Of a stretch of 64,000 bases of DNA, positions 1-9,636 are shown piece after piece. The notes below the pieces were generated by a model. The model saw nothing but the letters and a program-made list of their open reading frames with translations, made no database searches and was not told the DNA's origin. Each line of letters begins with the position of its first letter. Position 1 is the stretch's first letter. Source of the stretch: a virus; IMG/VR virus record IMGVR_UViG_3300017779_004709, positions 1 to 64,000 of that record. One strand, given 5' to 3'. The position numbers and the translations under genes are program-made.

Positions 1-663
1 GCACAAGGATATGATGGTGGTAGTTTAACTGGAACAACAGAAACATTTAGTGGTGAAGATTTTAGAATACAATTAGCAGATAATGTTCAACAATTTAACG
101 GAACAGCTTGGGTTACTACATTTGCATTAGGTCAGTTAGGGGATTATGACTTACAAGTTAAACCAGGATTTTTGGTAGATCCAGGCGGAACATATAGATA
201 TTGGCATCCTTCGGGATATGGTAGTGGAACTTACAAATATTATATTAGAAGATTTCAAACAAGTGGAACAAAGTCAAGTATGACTGTAAATTTAAATAAT
301 ACAACATTAGTGGCTTGGAATTCTACAAGTAATGGAATAGCATGTGCAATATTATTTAAGAGTTCAGGAAAGGGAAGTGGTACGAATAGTGAATTATCAA
401 CTGCAAGAATATATGACCCGACAGCAACAACAAGTAACTTGATTGAAGCAGATATATCAAATGATAATCATAAGAATCCATTCACTACTGCAATAAGTTT
501 ATATGGAAATAGTGGTGGTAGTATTTCAAGTAATACCTATACCGTACCTATAAGAAATGCAGATGGTATGTTTTTAGATTCAAGTGATAACGAACTTTAC
601 ATAATCGTCAGATATAAAGGTGATCCAGCACCTTTAGATGACATAACATTAACTTTTAGTTAG
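1..663 (+). CDS. Virion structural protein, 5'-truncated (frame open from base 1)
   Basis: Frame 1 has no stop from position 1 to TAG at 661-663; Ser/Thr/Gly-rich; lies in the tail gene cluster. Confidence 0.6.
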   Translation, partial: AQGYDGGSLTGTTETFSGEDFRIQLADNVQQFNGTAWVTTFALGQLGDYDLQVKPGFLVDPGGTYRYWHPSGYGSGTYKYYIRRFQTSGTKSSMTVNLNNTTLVAWNSTSNGIACAILFKSSGKGSGTNSELSTARIYDPTATTSNLIEADISNDNHKNPFTTAISLYGNSGGSISSNTYTVPIRNADGMFLDSSDNELYIIVRYKGDPAPLDDITLTFS

Positions 664-672
664 AGATAAGAA

Positions 673-1548
673 ATGGGATTAATAGATTCAGGTTCAAAGT
701 CAAGTAGACTATTAGGTTCGAGAAGATATACTCACAATACCTTTACGACTGCTCAAGAAGCATTTACGGATGTATTAGATTTAGGTTCATCCGAAATCTA
801 TACTCAAGCGGAGAAAATTCCATCAAGTGCATTACCATTTAGTTCAAGTGCAGATAGTGGTTCTGTGTATCAATATAATGGTCAAAATTTAATGAAGTAT
901 TGGTATAGACATTCACTTACAAAATCAAACACTAATAATGAAGTTTGGTTTTTTGTAAGTCCGTCTGGTAGTACGAGTGGAATCGGAGCTCAGTTGATTG
1001 ATTCTAACCAAGAAACAAATTTTATATCACCAAAATATTCAACTTCAGCTTTAGCCACTTCTACAACTGAAGATTCTACACCAGGATATTTGGCAGTTCT
1101 TTATAAAGCAACACACGCTACATCCGAATCATTAGATAGTGGTGATATTGTTTCTACGAATGATTATGTATTTGATTATAAAACTGGAGTAGTTCAATTT
1201 TTAAATGCGGATAAGGACCCAAGTGATAGCGAATATGTTTATATGACTGCTTATCAATATGTTGGTAAAACATTATCCACAGGACTTGAAATAGGTTCTA
1301 CAAGTTGGAGAGAAACAAGTGGGACTAATGAACTTACTGGTTCATCTTGGACATTTCGTTCAGATGTAGGAAGTGGTGATTTATTTAAATTAACAGATGA
1401 TTTGAACCAAACTTTATTTAAGGTTCAACAAGATAAAGTAATAGTATTTAACGCAGTATCAGAATCAGCACCAACCGCGGTAGCTGGTGGGATGTATTAT
1501 TCTGGTTCTGATGAATGGTTTCTTGGATATGAAACTGCACCAACTTAA
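673..1548 (+). CDS. Putative tail/virion structural protein
   Basis: 291-aa ORF with YVFDYKTGVVQF and AYQYVGK segments and a C-terminal APTAVAGGMYY fibre-like stretch; tail context. Confidence 0.55.
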   Translation: MGLIDSGSKSSRLLGSRRYTHNTFTTAQEAFTDVLDLGSSEIYTQAEKIPSSALPFSSSADSGSVYQYNGQNLMKYWYRHSLTKSNTNNEVWFFVSPSGSTSGIGAQLIDSNQETNFISPKYSTSALATSTTEDSTPGYLAVLYKATHATSESLDSGDIVSTNDYVFDYKTGVVQFLNADKDPSDSEYVYMTAYQYVGKTLSTGLEIGSTSWRETSGTNELTGSSWTFRSDVGSGDLFKLTDDLNQTLFKVQQDKVIVFNAVSESAPTAVAGGMYYSGSDEWFLGYETAPT

Positions 1549-1610
1549 AATTAACAATTATTTAGAATGTATATATTTATTAACGACATTCTATACATAG
1601 GAGAATAATA

Positions 1611-3287
1611 ATGGCAAAATGGCAAAAAATCGTAGTTTCAGGGAGTTCAGCTCACTTAAATCACGTTACCGCATCAGGTAATATTAGTAGCTCACTTGCT
1701 GGAACGGGTTCGTTTGGGAGAGTACAAGCAACCACTATAACGGGTGATGGAAGTGGTATCACGAACCTTACGGCAGCAGCCATTAGTTCATATACCAACT
1801 CGGGTAACAATAGAGTCGTAACTTCAGTAGACGGAAGTACGGTAAACTCAGAAGCAAATTTAGAATTTGATGGTACTAATTTATTAATTAAATCAGCTGG
1901 TAAATTATATTTAAATGACGCTGGTGGTGAACATCTATCGAGTAATGGTGATATATTATCTATAGCAGGTGGAAACGAGATAGATTTAACAGCAACTGCC
2001 ATTGATATGAATGGTACAGTAGATATAAGTGGTGATTTAACATTTGTTGATGGAGTTGGAACAACAATTAGTGGTTCTTATATATCATCAAGTAACGATA
2101 TAGAATCACAAGGAAGTTTAATTGGTGCAGCAATTAGTTCAAGTGGAAACATAACTGGTTCTGATGTATTTGCAAGTAGTGGAATCTACGGAACATTACA
2201 AACTGTAGCACAAACAAATATTACAAGTGTTGGAGCTCTTGATGGTGGAAGCATTACAAGTAACTTCGGAACAATTAATAATGGTGGTTCGGCAATCACC
2301 ACAACAGGATTAATTAGTGGTGGTTCATTAGATATAGATGATGTTGTAATCAATGCCACTACAATCGGACACACCGATGATAGTGATTTATTAACTTTAG
2401 CAGATGGTGTACTAACGGTAGCAGGTGAAACAAATACTACGACATTAATCGCAACATCCACGATTTCAAGTTCTTTTATATCAGCAAGTAATGATATAGA
2501 AGCAATAGGAAGTGTAACAGCCGCTGAGTTTCATGGTGGTGGAACTAATATAACATTTCCTGATGGAACTGCTGTAGTAGGAGATGAATTAGTATTTGTA
2601 GATGCAGATGGTGGAACTAAAAGAGAAACCGTAGCTGATTTTGTTACTTTACTCGCAGGTGATGGTATTCGAAATGCATCTAATAAATTTGCATTTGATG
2701 CAAGTGATATAGCTGGAACTGGTTTAACTGATAATAGTGAAAATTTAGATGTATCATCAGCACAAACTGGTATTCAGACAATATACAACACATCATTAAT
2801 TATTGGTAGAGCCAACAATGACACAACAATCGATTTTAATGCAGATGATACCATAGTATTCGACGCCGGATCAAGTGAAAGATTAAAAGTTACCACATCT
2901 GGAATTGAAGTTACTGGTAACGCAGTAGTGAGTGGTGATTTAACCATAAACGGCACCACAACCACATTATCCACGACTAATTTAGCAGTTGGAGATTCTT
3001 TTATATTCTCAGCAACTGGTTCAGCTGGTACAAATGTTGATGGTGGATTAGTTGTACAAAGTGGTTCAGTAGCAGATAGTGGTTCAGCACTATATCACGA
3101 TGTCGATGATGAAAGATGGGCAGTTGCACAAGGAGTAGCCGCTTCAGCAACGAGTGTTACACCATTACAGCATGTTGTTACGGTATCGGGTTCAGTCGCA
3201 ACTAATCCAAATAGTACATCGGGTTCATACGGAGTCGGTGAAATGTGGATAACAGACGCAGAAGAAATTTGGATACGAACTTCATAA
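1611..3287 (+). CDS. Tail fibre-like protein
   Basis: 558 aa, Gly/Ser/Thr-rich beta-repeats (ISSSGNITGS, SGDLTINGTTTTL); AGGAG RBS upstream. Confidence 0.75.
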   Translation: MAKWQKIVVSGSSAHLNHVTASGNISSSLAGTGSFGRVQATTITGDGSGITNLTAAAISSYTNSGNNRVVTSVDGSTVNSEANLEFDGTNLLIKSAGKLYLNDAGGEHLSSNGDILSIAGGNEIDLTATAIDMNGTVDISGDLTFVDGVGTTISGSYISSSNDIESQGSLIGAAISSSGNITGSDVFASSGIYGTLQTVAQTNITSVGALDGGSITSNFGTINNGGSAITTTGLISGGSLDIDDVVINATTIGHTDDSDLLTLADGVLTVAGETNTTTLIATSTISSSFISASNDIEAIGSVTAAEFHGGGTNITFPDGTAVVGDELVFVDADGGTKRETVADFVTLLAGDGIRNASNKFAFDASDIAGTGLTDNSENLDVSSAQTGIQTIYNTSLIIGRANNDTTIDFNADDTIVFDAGSSERLKVTTSGIEVTGNAVVSGDLTINGTTTTLSTTNLAVGDSFIFSATGSAGTNVDGGLVVQSGSVADSGSALYHDVDDERWAVAQGVAASATSVTPLQHVVTVSGSVATNPNSTSGSYGVGEMWITDAEEIWIRTS

Positions 3288-3308
3288 TAATAAATAATAG
3301 GTTATAAC

Positions 3309-3563
3309 ATGGGAATAAAAAGTAAAGGTGGTACTAAGGTAGTAGAAGAAGAAATATCCAAACTTGAAAAGGTTGATATAGAGTTTTTAATGAATTGTAT
3401 TAAGAATGGTATGATTCCTGGAAAACATATTGATTTGGCAAGTGAGGTGGTAAAGAAATTAAAAACTCAATATGCTCTAATTGACAAAAAACCAACAGAA
3501 GTCAATAAAGTTCTTTCTAAGTACAAGGAAGAAAACGGAAGTGTTTGGGTAAAGAATAAGTAA
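3309..3563 (+). CDS. Hypothetical protein
   Basis: 84-aa ORF between fibre genes with AGGT RBS-like site. Confidence 0.55.
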   Translation: MGIKSKGGTKVVEEEISKLEKVDIEFLMNCIKNGMIPGKHIDLASEVVKKLKTQYALIDKKPTEVNKVLSKYKEENGSVWVKNK

Positions 3564-3568
3564 CTAAT

Positions 3569-3626
3569 GTTGGCCCATCTCTTGGCAGATGATGGGAAGT
3601 GGGCTTCGATAGAAGTAACCAACCGC
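3569..3626 (+). ncRNA. Candidate structured cis-regulatory RNA (three-way junction) in the leader of a fibre gene
   Basis: GTTGG(3569-73)/CCAAC(3619-23), CCCATC-TCT/AGA-T-GATGGG, GCTTC/GAAGT; GC-rich island just 5' of the AGGAG RBS. Confidence 0.5.
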
Positions 3627-3643
3627 AATAGGAGATAAATTAA

Positions 3644-4375
3644 ATGCCAAATTGGAAAAAAGTCGTAGTATCGGGCAGCACCGCCCATCTCAACCAAGTA
3701 ACAGCAAGTAATGGCATAAAACTACCAGATGATGCTAAAATTAATTTTGGTGATGCAAATGATTTACAAATTCATCACGATGGTAGTAATAGTTACATAA
3801 AAGATGCTGGAACAGGAAATATATTTTATAGGTCAGGAACACAGACATTTCAAAATGCAGCTGGTTCTAAGACTATGTTGGTTTTAAACGCAGCAAATTC
3901 AGTTGATTTAAATTATAACAATAGTACAAAATTTCAAACCACACCTACTGGTATATCCGTAACTGGTAATGTTATACCAACGGGTAATGTAAGTGGTTCA
4001 ATATCTTCTCACCTTACTATGGCACAGATATCATCAAGTGGTGATATAGTAGCAGATGGTGATGTTGTAGCATATAATTCATCAGATGAAAGACTTAAAG
4101 ATAATATACAAAATATTAAAGGTTCATTGGATAAAATAGGTGAGATTAGAGGAGTTGAGTTTGATTGGAATGATAAATCACCTGGATGGGCACAAGAAAG
4201 AGGACACGATGTTGGAGTTGTTGCTCAAGAAGTTCAAAAAATATTACCTGAAATTGTAGTAGAGAGAAAAAATGGTTATTTAGGGGTAGATTATAAAAGA
4301 ATCGTTCCATTATTGATAGAATCAATTAAAGAATTAAAACAAGAGGTAGAAATTCTCAAGAAAAAAGTGAATTAG
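3644..4375 (+). CDS. Tail fibre/spike protein with C-terminal intramolecular chaperone (peptidase S74) domain
   Basis: SDERLKDNI...GVVAQEV...VDYKRIVPLLIESIKEL signature. Confidence 0.85.
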   Translation: MPNWKKVVVSGSTAHLNQVTASNGIKLPDDAKINFGDANDLQIHHDGSNSYIKDAGTGNIFYRSGTQTFQNAAGSKTMLVLNAANSVDLNYNNSTKFQTTPTGISVTGNVIPTGNVSGSISSHLTMAQISSSGDIVADGDVVAYNSSDERLKDNIQNIKGSLDKIGEIRGVEFDWNDKSPGWAQERGHDVGVVAQEVQKILPEIVVERKNGYLGVDYKRIVPLLIESIKELKQEVEILKKKVN

Positions 4376-4398
4376 AGAATTCTACTTGATATATATAT
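4372..4398 (+). promoter_or_regulatory. Phage bipartite promoter-like motif TTAGAGA-N10-ATATATATAT
   Basis: Same spacing as the copies at 4807, 35913 and 49606. Confidence 0.5.
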
Positions 4399-4445
4399 AC
4401 ATAATATAAGTTATAATATAAACAACAAAAATAGGAGATAAAGTT

Positions 4446-4787
4446 ATGGCTGTAACAGAAGAATCTAACTTGGCAAAAAAAGTAGAAAATCAAACATCTG
4501 AAGTAAAATTTACAGATGATGAATTGAAGGCACTACGAGATTTACAAGACGGATACCAAGAAAAACAGGCACAATTTGGTCAGTTGAGAGTACAAAAAAT
4601 TCTACTTAATCAACAAGTAGAGGCACTTGAAAAAACTGAAGAACAATTTGAAAAAGATTATGTTTCTTTACAAGAAAAGGAACAAGAAATTGTTAAGCAG
4701 TTAAATGAAAAGTACGGACCTGGATCATTAGATCCACAGACTGGTGTATTTACACCTACTTCAACTGCACCTTCAGAAACTGCTTAA
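4446..4787 (+). CDS. Coiled-coil hypothetical protein
   Basis: Heptad E/Q/K-rich helix ending KYGPGSLDPQTGVF; AGGAG RBS. Confidence 0.65.
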   Translation: MAVTEESNLAKKVENQTSEVKFTDDELKALRDLQDGYQEKQAQFGQLRVQKILLNQQVEALEKTEEQFEKDYVSLQEKEQEIVKQLNEKYGPGSLDPQTGVFTPTSTAPSETA

Positions 4788-4806
4788 AATAATCTCCCCC
4801 AAACCA

Positions 4807-4838
4807 ATCGTTTGGGAAAGTTATAAGATATTTATATT
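4807..4838 (+). promoter_or_regulatory. Putative phage (late) promoter ATCGTTTGGGA-N10-ATATTTATATT
   Basis: Upstream of the sheath gene; near-identical copy at 35913-35944. Confidence 0.6.
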
Positions 4839-4903
4839 AAATATTTAAATCCCTACATGGGATTAAAAGTTATTTAAATCATAACATTAATAGGAGAAAA
4901 TAA

Positions 4904-7339
4904 ATGGCAGAACGAATCGTAAGTCCGGGTGTATTTACGAGAGAACGTGATTTATCATTTCTACCTGCTGGAATTGCAGCTATTGGAGCGGCAATTGTAG
5001 GACCAACTGTAAAAGGTCCTGCTTTTGTACCAACAATAGTAAGTAATTTTAGTGAGTTTGAAGAAATGTTTGGATCTACGGACAAAAATATATACACGCC
5101 GTACGCAGTAGAACAATACCTAAGAAGTGCAGGAACCGTAACAATAGTTCGTGTTCTTAATACAGGTGGATATTCTGCTGATTTAGTACAAATTAACTTA
5201 ACGGGTAGTGTGGGTGCAGCATCAGAAGTTGGTGTAACAACTCAAACTATGGCCGTTGTAGCACCATCAAGAGGTGGTTCAGATGGAACTGTAAGATTAA
5301 ACGAAGTTTCAGTAACACAACCTGCGGTTGGTACTGGAGCTTATTCTAAATTTACTTTGACCGCAAGTGGAAGTAACTTTGGAGCAAAGAGTGTTACGGC
5401 ATTCTCAGCTACGGTTTCATTCAACACATCAAGTGCAGATTACATCGATGTAGCATTAAGTGGTGATCCACAAGTACAAAAATCAGGAACATCAACCGTA
5501 CCAATTTACTTGTATAAAAACTTCAAACATGCACAAAGTAATTTGACAAGTACATACACGACAGATTTAACAAATACAACTGCTTCGATTGTAAGTGCTT
5601 CATATAATGCAGTTGATTTTACATCAGCAGCTTATAACCACGCTTCAACACCTTTTATACAATCACAATTAGTTAATAAATCGAGATATAACTTATTTAA
5701 AGTTAATACTCGTTCACATGGTACAAATGTGAATAACAAATTCAAGATTGCTATACTAAGTGTTAAGAAGGCAGGTACAATAGCAGGTAGTGATTATGGT
5801 TCATTTTCATTACAAGTTAGACAGACTGGATTAGATGATAACAATTTGACTAAGGATAATGTCTTAGAACAATTTGATAATCTAAATTTAGATCCAACAA
5901 GTCCTAATTACTTTGCAAGAAGAATTGGTGATAGATATGTAACAATAGATGCTAATGGTAAACTCACTTACAATGGTGATTGGGATAATAGGTCAAGACA
6001 TATTTACCTATCAGATTTTGGTGATATTGCCGAAAACTCTATACCAAAATCTCTTGTTCCTATGGGACACGCAGCAATAACTAATCCTACACCTGGAGGA
6101 ACAGACATACCAGTATGGGCGTTCAATCAGAGTCAGTCTAATGCACAAGGTACTTTTGACCACAATATTTTATTTGGTCATGATTTTGGTAACGCAGATG
6201 CAAATCAGTATTTGTCACCATTACCAAATAACGCAGGAGCTGGTAGTCATGTGACTATGAGTCTTGAAGATATTAATGGTAGTGCAGATGCAAGTGTAAC
6301 AGGAACTACATTCTCAGATGGTACTGAAAAGATAACACTTATCTTATCTAACATCAAACAGAGAAAGTTTGTTGTTCCATTTCAAGGTGGATTTGACGGA
6401 GAGAATCCTGCTAATCCAAAGAAAACTGGAAGTGACATAGTAGCATCGAATACACAAGGGTTTGATATTTCAAGTGCAACAGCAGCTGGAGCAGTAGCTT
6501 ATAAGAAAGCTATTAACGCAATCAGTAATCCTGATGAATTTGATATCAATATGTTAGTAACACCTGGTGTTATCCACGATTTACATCCGAAGATTACAAA
6601 TCACGCAATCTCTAAATGTGAAGAACGTGGTGATGCATTCTATATCTTGGATAGTAGCATATATGGTGGTTCTATATCATCAGTAACAGCAGCTATACAA
6701 GCACTCGATACTAATTACGCAGCAACATATTATCCTTGGGTAAAGATTGTTGATAGAAACACAGCCTTACCAGTATGGGTCCCACCATCAGTAGTATTAC
6801 CTGGAGTAATCGCATTTACTGATAAAGTGGCACACGAATGGTTCGCACCAGCTGGTCTAAATCGTGGTGGTTTAACTACGGTATTAGAAGCACAAACTCG
6901 TTTGACACACGATGAACGAGATGAGTTGTATGAAGCAAGGGTTAATCCAATCGCTTCATTCCCAGGTCAAGGTGTATGTGTTTGGGGACAAAAAACCTTA
7001 CAAGGTCGTCCATCAGCACTCGATAGGGTTAATGTTCGTAGATTGTTGATTAGATTGAAGAAGTTTATCGCATCTTCTTCAAGATACTTAGTATTTGAAC
7101 AGAACACATCAGCAACGAGAAATCGTTTCTTAAATATTGTGAATCCGTTCTTAGAATCAGTACAAGCAAATAGTGGTCTATCCGCATTTAAGGTAGTTAT
7201 GGATGATACCAATAACACACCTGATGTGATTGATAGAAATCAACTTGTTGGTCAGATATTTATCCAACCTACAAGAACCGCTGAATTTATTGTATTGGAC
7301 TTCGTAGTATTACCAACAGGAGCTACATTCCCAGCGTAA
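4904..7339 (+). CDS. Contractile tail sheath protein (T4 gp18-like)
   Basis: N-terminal SPGVFTRERD; C-terminal YYPWV, WFAPAGLNRG, WGQKTLQ, RVNVRRLL, IQPTRTAEFI. Confidence 0.95.
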   Translation: MAERIVSPGVFTRERDLSFLPAGIAAIGAAIVGPTVKGPAFVPTIVSNFSEFEEMFGSTDKNIYTPYAVEQYLRSAGTVTIVRVLNTGGYSADLVQINLTGSVGAASEVGVTTQTMAVVAPSRGGSDGTVRLNEVSVTQPAVGTGAYSKFTLTASGSNFGAKSVTAFSATVSFNTSSADYIDVALSGDPQVQKSGTSTVPIYLYKNFKHAQSNLTSTYTTDLTNTTASIVSASYNAVDFTSAAYNHASTPFIQSQLVNKSRYNLFKVNTRSHGTNVNNKFKIAILSVKKAGTIAGSDYGSFSLQVRQTGLDDNNLTKDNVLEQFDNLNLDPTSPNYFARRIGDRYVTIDANGKLTYNGDWDNRSRHIYLSDFGDIAENSIPKSLVPMGHAAITNPTPGGTDIPVWAFNQSQSNAQGTFDHNILFGHDFGNADANQYLSPLPNNAGAGSHVTMSLEDINGSADASVTGTTFSDGTEKITLILSNIKQRKFVVPFQGGFDGENPANPKKTGSDIVASNTQGFDISSATAAGAVAYKKAINAISNPDEFDINMLVTPGVIHDLHPKITNHAISKCEERGDAFYILDSSIYGGSISSVTAAIQALDTNYAATYYPWVKIVDRNTALPVWVPPSVVLPGVIAFTDKVAHEWFAPAGLNRGGLTTVLEAQTRLTHDERDELYEARVNPIASFPGQGVCVWGQKTLQGRPSALDRVNVRRLLIRLKKFIASSSRYLVFEQNTSATRNRFLNIVNPFLESVQANSGLSAFKVVMDDTNNTPDVIDRNQLVGQIFIQPTRTAEFIVLDFVVLPTGATFPA

Positions 7340-7368
7340 GTTTAATCAATAGATTAACTAAACAAAAT

Positions 7369-7394
7369 AACCCCTCTTTTTTGAGGGGTTTTTT
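7369..7394 (+). terminator. Rho-independent terminator
   Basis: AACCCCTC-T6-GAGGGGTT followed by a T-run. Confidence 0.8.
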
Positions 7395-7458
7395 GTTGCC
7401 GTGTATATTTATATATGAGGTTGAAATAAAACTTCAAAAAAACTATGAAAAATGATTA

Positions 7459-7492
7459 TGTTGTTTTTTTAATAATTTGATATTTATAGTTG
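7459..7492 (+). promoter_or_regulatory. Putative phage promoter TGTTGTTTTT-N11-ATATTTATAGTTG
   Basis: Same motif and spacing recur upstream of the SSB gene (36537-36570). Confidence 0.55.
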
Positions 7493-7520
7493 AGAAAAAT
7501 ATAATTTATGGAGAATAAAG

Positions 7521-8012
7521 ATGCCAGACTTATTAGATCCGAGTGAGATAATGTTCACACCGTTTGAACCAAAAACAAAAAATCGGTACATTATGTACAT
7601 CGAGGGTATACCAGCTTATCTTATAAAGACAGCTAACAGACCGACAATAGCCTTTGAAACAATCGAACTTGACCACATTAATGTTAAGAGATACATTAAA
7701 GGTAAGGGAGCTTGGGAAGAATTAGAAATTAGTTTATACGATCCTGTTGTTCCATCAGCAGCACAAGCCGTTATGGAATGGGTTCGTTTATCACATGAGT
7801 CTGTTACTGGTAGAGATGGGTACTCAGATTTTTACAAAAAAGATATAACTTTTAATGTTTTAGGACCAGTAGGTGATAAAGTAGAGGAGTGGACACTAAA
7901 AGGTGCGTTTATTACTAACGCTACATTTGGTGATTTAGATTGGGCAAATACAACTGATCCAGTTGATATAACCCTAACACTCAGATACGATTACGCTATC
8001 CTACAATTCTAA
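7521..8012 (+). CDS. Tail tube protein (T4 gp19-like)
   Basis: 163 aa directly after the sheath; FEPKTKNRY, WEELEISLYDP, YKKDITF, EEWTLKGAF, LTLRYDY. Confidence 0.9.
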   Translation: MPDLLDPSEIMFTPFEPKTKNRYIMYIEGIPAYLIKTANRPTIAFETIELDHINVKRYIKGKGAWEELEISLYDPVVPSAAQAVMEWVRLSHESVTGRDGYSDFYKKDITFNVLGPVGDKVEEWTLKGAFITNATFGDLDWANTTDPVDITLTLRYDYAILQF

Positions 8013-8038
8013 ATTAATAATAATACAAGGAGTTTATT

Positions 8039-8233
8039 ATGGAAGTCATTGCAGATAAAGCATGGTGGAAATCAAAGACCATATGGACATCAGTAGTAGC
8101 TGGTGTTGTTGGTGTTCTTCAAGCAGCAGGGGTTGTAGATCAAGTACCTGAATTAGCTTGGACACTATTAGCATCTTTCGGTCTTTATTCCGTCAGAGAC
8201 GCTGTAGGGAAATCAAATCCCGAAGTAAAGTAA
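8039..8233 (+). CDS. Small membrane protein, holin-like
   Basis: 64 aa, WWKSKTIW followed by two hydrophobic segments; AGGAG RBS. Confidence 0.55.
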   Translation: MEVIADKAWWKSKTIWTSVVAGVVGVLQAAGVVDQVPELAWTLLASFGLYSVRDAVGKSNPEVK

Positions 8234-8241
8234 ATAAATTA

Positions 8242-8267
8242 GCTGGGTATTTTAACCGATACCCAGC
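8242..8267 (+). terminator. Stem-loop, probable terminator
   Basis: GCTGGGTAT-N8-ATACCCAGC. Confidence 0.55.
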
Positions 8268-8337
8268 CTTATAGTTTTATAAAATTGGTTATATTGTATA
8301 AAATACAATTAAATACATAATACAGAGGAGACAAAAA

Positions 8338-9117
8338 ATGGCAGAAGAAAAACGCCGGTTTCCAACAGAGGTAGTTGATTTACCTTCTAAAGGCTTACTA
8401 TATCCAAAAGATTCACCACTGGCAGGTGGAACTATTGAGTTAAAGTACATGACCGCAAAAGAAGAAGATATTTTAACCTCACGAAATCTTATTCAAAAAG
8501 GAGTGGTTTTGGATAAGTTGTTGGAATCAGTTATTATAGATGATAACGTTTCACTTGATGATTTATTATTAGGTGATAAGAATGCAATTATGATTGCAAC
8601 AAGAGTACTTGGGTATGGTAAGGACTATTCAGTTCAACTTACAGATCCATCTACGGGTGATAAACAAAAAGAAACTTTTGATTTAACCTTAATCAAGGAT
8701 AAAGAAATCAATACCAAACTTTTCAAGGGTGGTAAAAATGAGTTTGATTTTGAATTACCTGCATCTAAAACAAAAATCACATTTCGTCTTTTAACCCACA
8801 AGGAAGAAAAAGAAATAGAGGCCGAATTAAAGGCACTAAAGAAATTTCAGAAAGATTCTGGAATTACTTCAGAGATTACTACAAGATTGAAAAAGGCAGT
8901 CTTGAGTGTCAATGGGGATAATTCTACTAAGAGGATAGTTGAATTTGTAGATAACGAATTGTTATCAAGAGATTCATTAGCACTTAGAGAGCATCTTACC
9001 GAAATAACACCTGATGTTGATATGTCATTTACCTTCACGAGCGATACTACTGGTGAAGATACGACTATGGATATCCCATTAGATGTTGAGTTTTTTTGGC
9101 CTGCGGGCAGAAGATAA
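8338..9117 (+). CDS. Baseplate hub / tail assembly chaperone (T4 gp26-like)
   Basis: VDLPSKG, MTAKEEDIL, FELPASK, C-terminal EFF; located between tube and tape measure. Confidence 0.75.
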   Translation: MAEEKRRFPTEVVDLPSKGLLYPKDSPLAGGTIELKYMTAKEEDILTSRNLIQKGVVLDKLLESVIIDDNVSLDDLLLGDKNAIMIATRVLGYGKDYSVQLTDPSTGDKQKETFDLTLIKDKEINTKLFKGGKNEFDFELPASKTKITFRLLTHKEEKEIEAELKALKKFQKDSGITSEITTRLKKAVLSVNGDNSTKRIVEFVDNELLSRDSLALREHLTEITPDVDMSFTFTSDTTGEDTTMDIPLDVEFFWPAGRR

Positions 9118-9322
9118 GCCCGCGATACACGACCAAATCTTCTCACTCTGTTTTCACGGAAAGGGGGGATTTAATTTCACAGAAGTGTACAACATGCCAA
9201 CCTATCTGCGCCGATTTTACATTCAAAAGGCATCTCAGTTTTACAAAGAAGAAAAAGCGGCATATGATAAACAAGGTAAAAAATCTTCAGGTATTTCACG
9301 ACCTGGTATCAGCAGAGGATAA
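9083..9322 (+). CDS. T4 gp51-like hub assembly protein; probably made as a frameshift extension of the upstream gene
   Basis: IHDQIFSLCFHGKGGFNFTEVYNMPTYLRRFY; overlaps the upstream ORF in the +1 frame; no SD before ATG 9083. Confidence 0.65.
   Translation: MLSFFGLRAEDKPAIHDQIFSLCFHGKGGFNFTEVYNMPTYLRRFYIQKASQFYKEEKAAYDKQGKKSSGISRPGISRG
9091..9123 (+). promoter_or_regulatory. Candidate programmed ribosomal frameshift signal (U7 slippery run + GC hairpin)
   Basis: TTTTTTT (9091-97), 5-nt spacer, GCGGGC-N9-GCCCGC. Confidence 0.6.
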
Positions 9323-9413
9323 CCTTTTTTTCTATATTTGATATTTATTAATGAGTTATAACATCCTGTTTTATAACAGAAAATCATAATTAGTACTATT
9401 AAAGGAGAAGAAA

Positions 9414-9632
9414 ATGGCTTCATCAAAACCATTAACAGAAGAACAATTACAAGAAAATATCTTCGGAAAAATTATGCATAATATAATGAAGGGTAGATTC
9501 AATAGAGTTGCTAGTGCACTCGATGATAATCCACGATTGAAAAAGGCAGCAAAAGAGGCTGATAATGCAATTAAAGATTTTGAAAAGGTGTTCAAAAAGC
9601 ATACCAAAGGTAGAAAAGTAACCATAAAGTAA
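9414..9632 (+). CDS. Hypothetical protein
   Basis: 72-aa ORF with AAGGAG RBS and an ATATTTATTA motif upstream. Confidence 0.6.
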   Translation: MASSKPLTEEQLQENIFGKIMHNIMKGRFNRVASALDDNPRLKKAAKEADNAIKDFEKVFKKHTKGRKVTIK

Positions 9633-9636
9633 TATA

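Noticed and set aside
1611-3712. Diversity-generating retroelement TR/VR pair in the fibre genes
   Set aside because: Similarity is at protein level with silent divergence, not adenine-specific; no reverse transcriptase in the window
9333-9340. Bacteroidetes-type TAnnTTTG promoter implying a Bacteroidetes host
   Set aside because: Sparse matches; strong AGGAG SD sites and TTGACT/TAAGAT promoters point elsewhere; host not determinable here
9096-9341. -1 frame ORF as the frameshift product
   Set aside because: Open for 81 codons but has no recognisable motifs and no canonical X XXY YYZ heptamer in phase; the +1/-2 frame gives the gp51-like sequence
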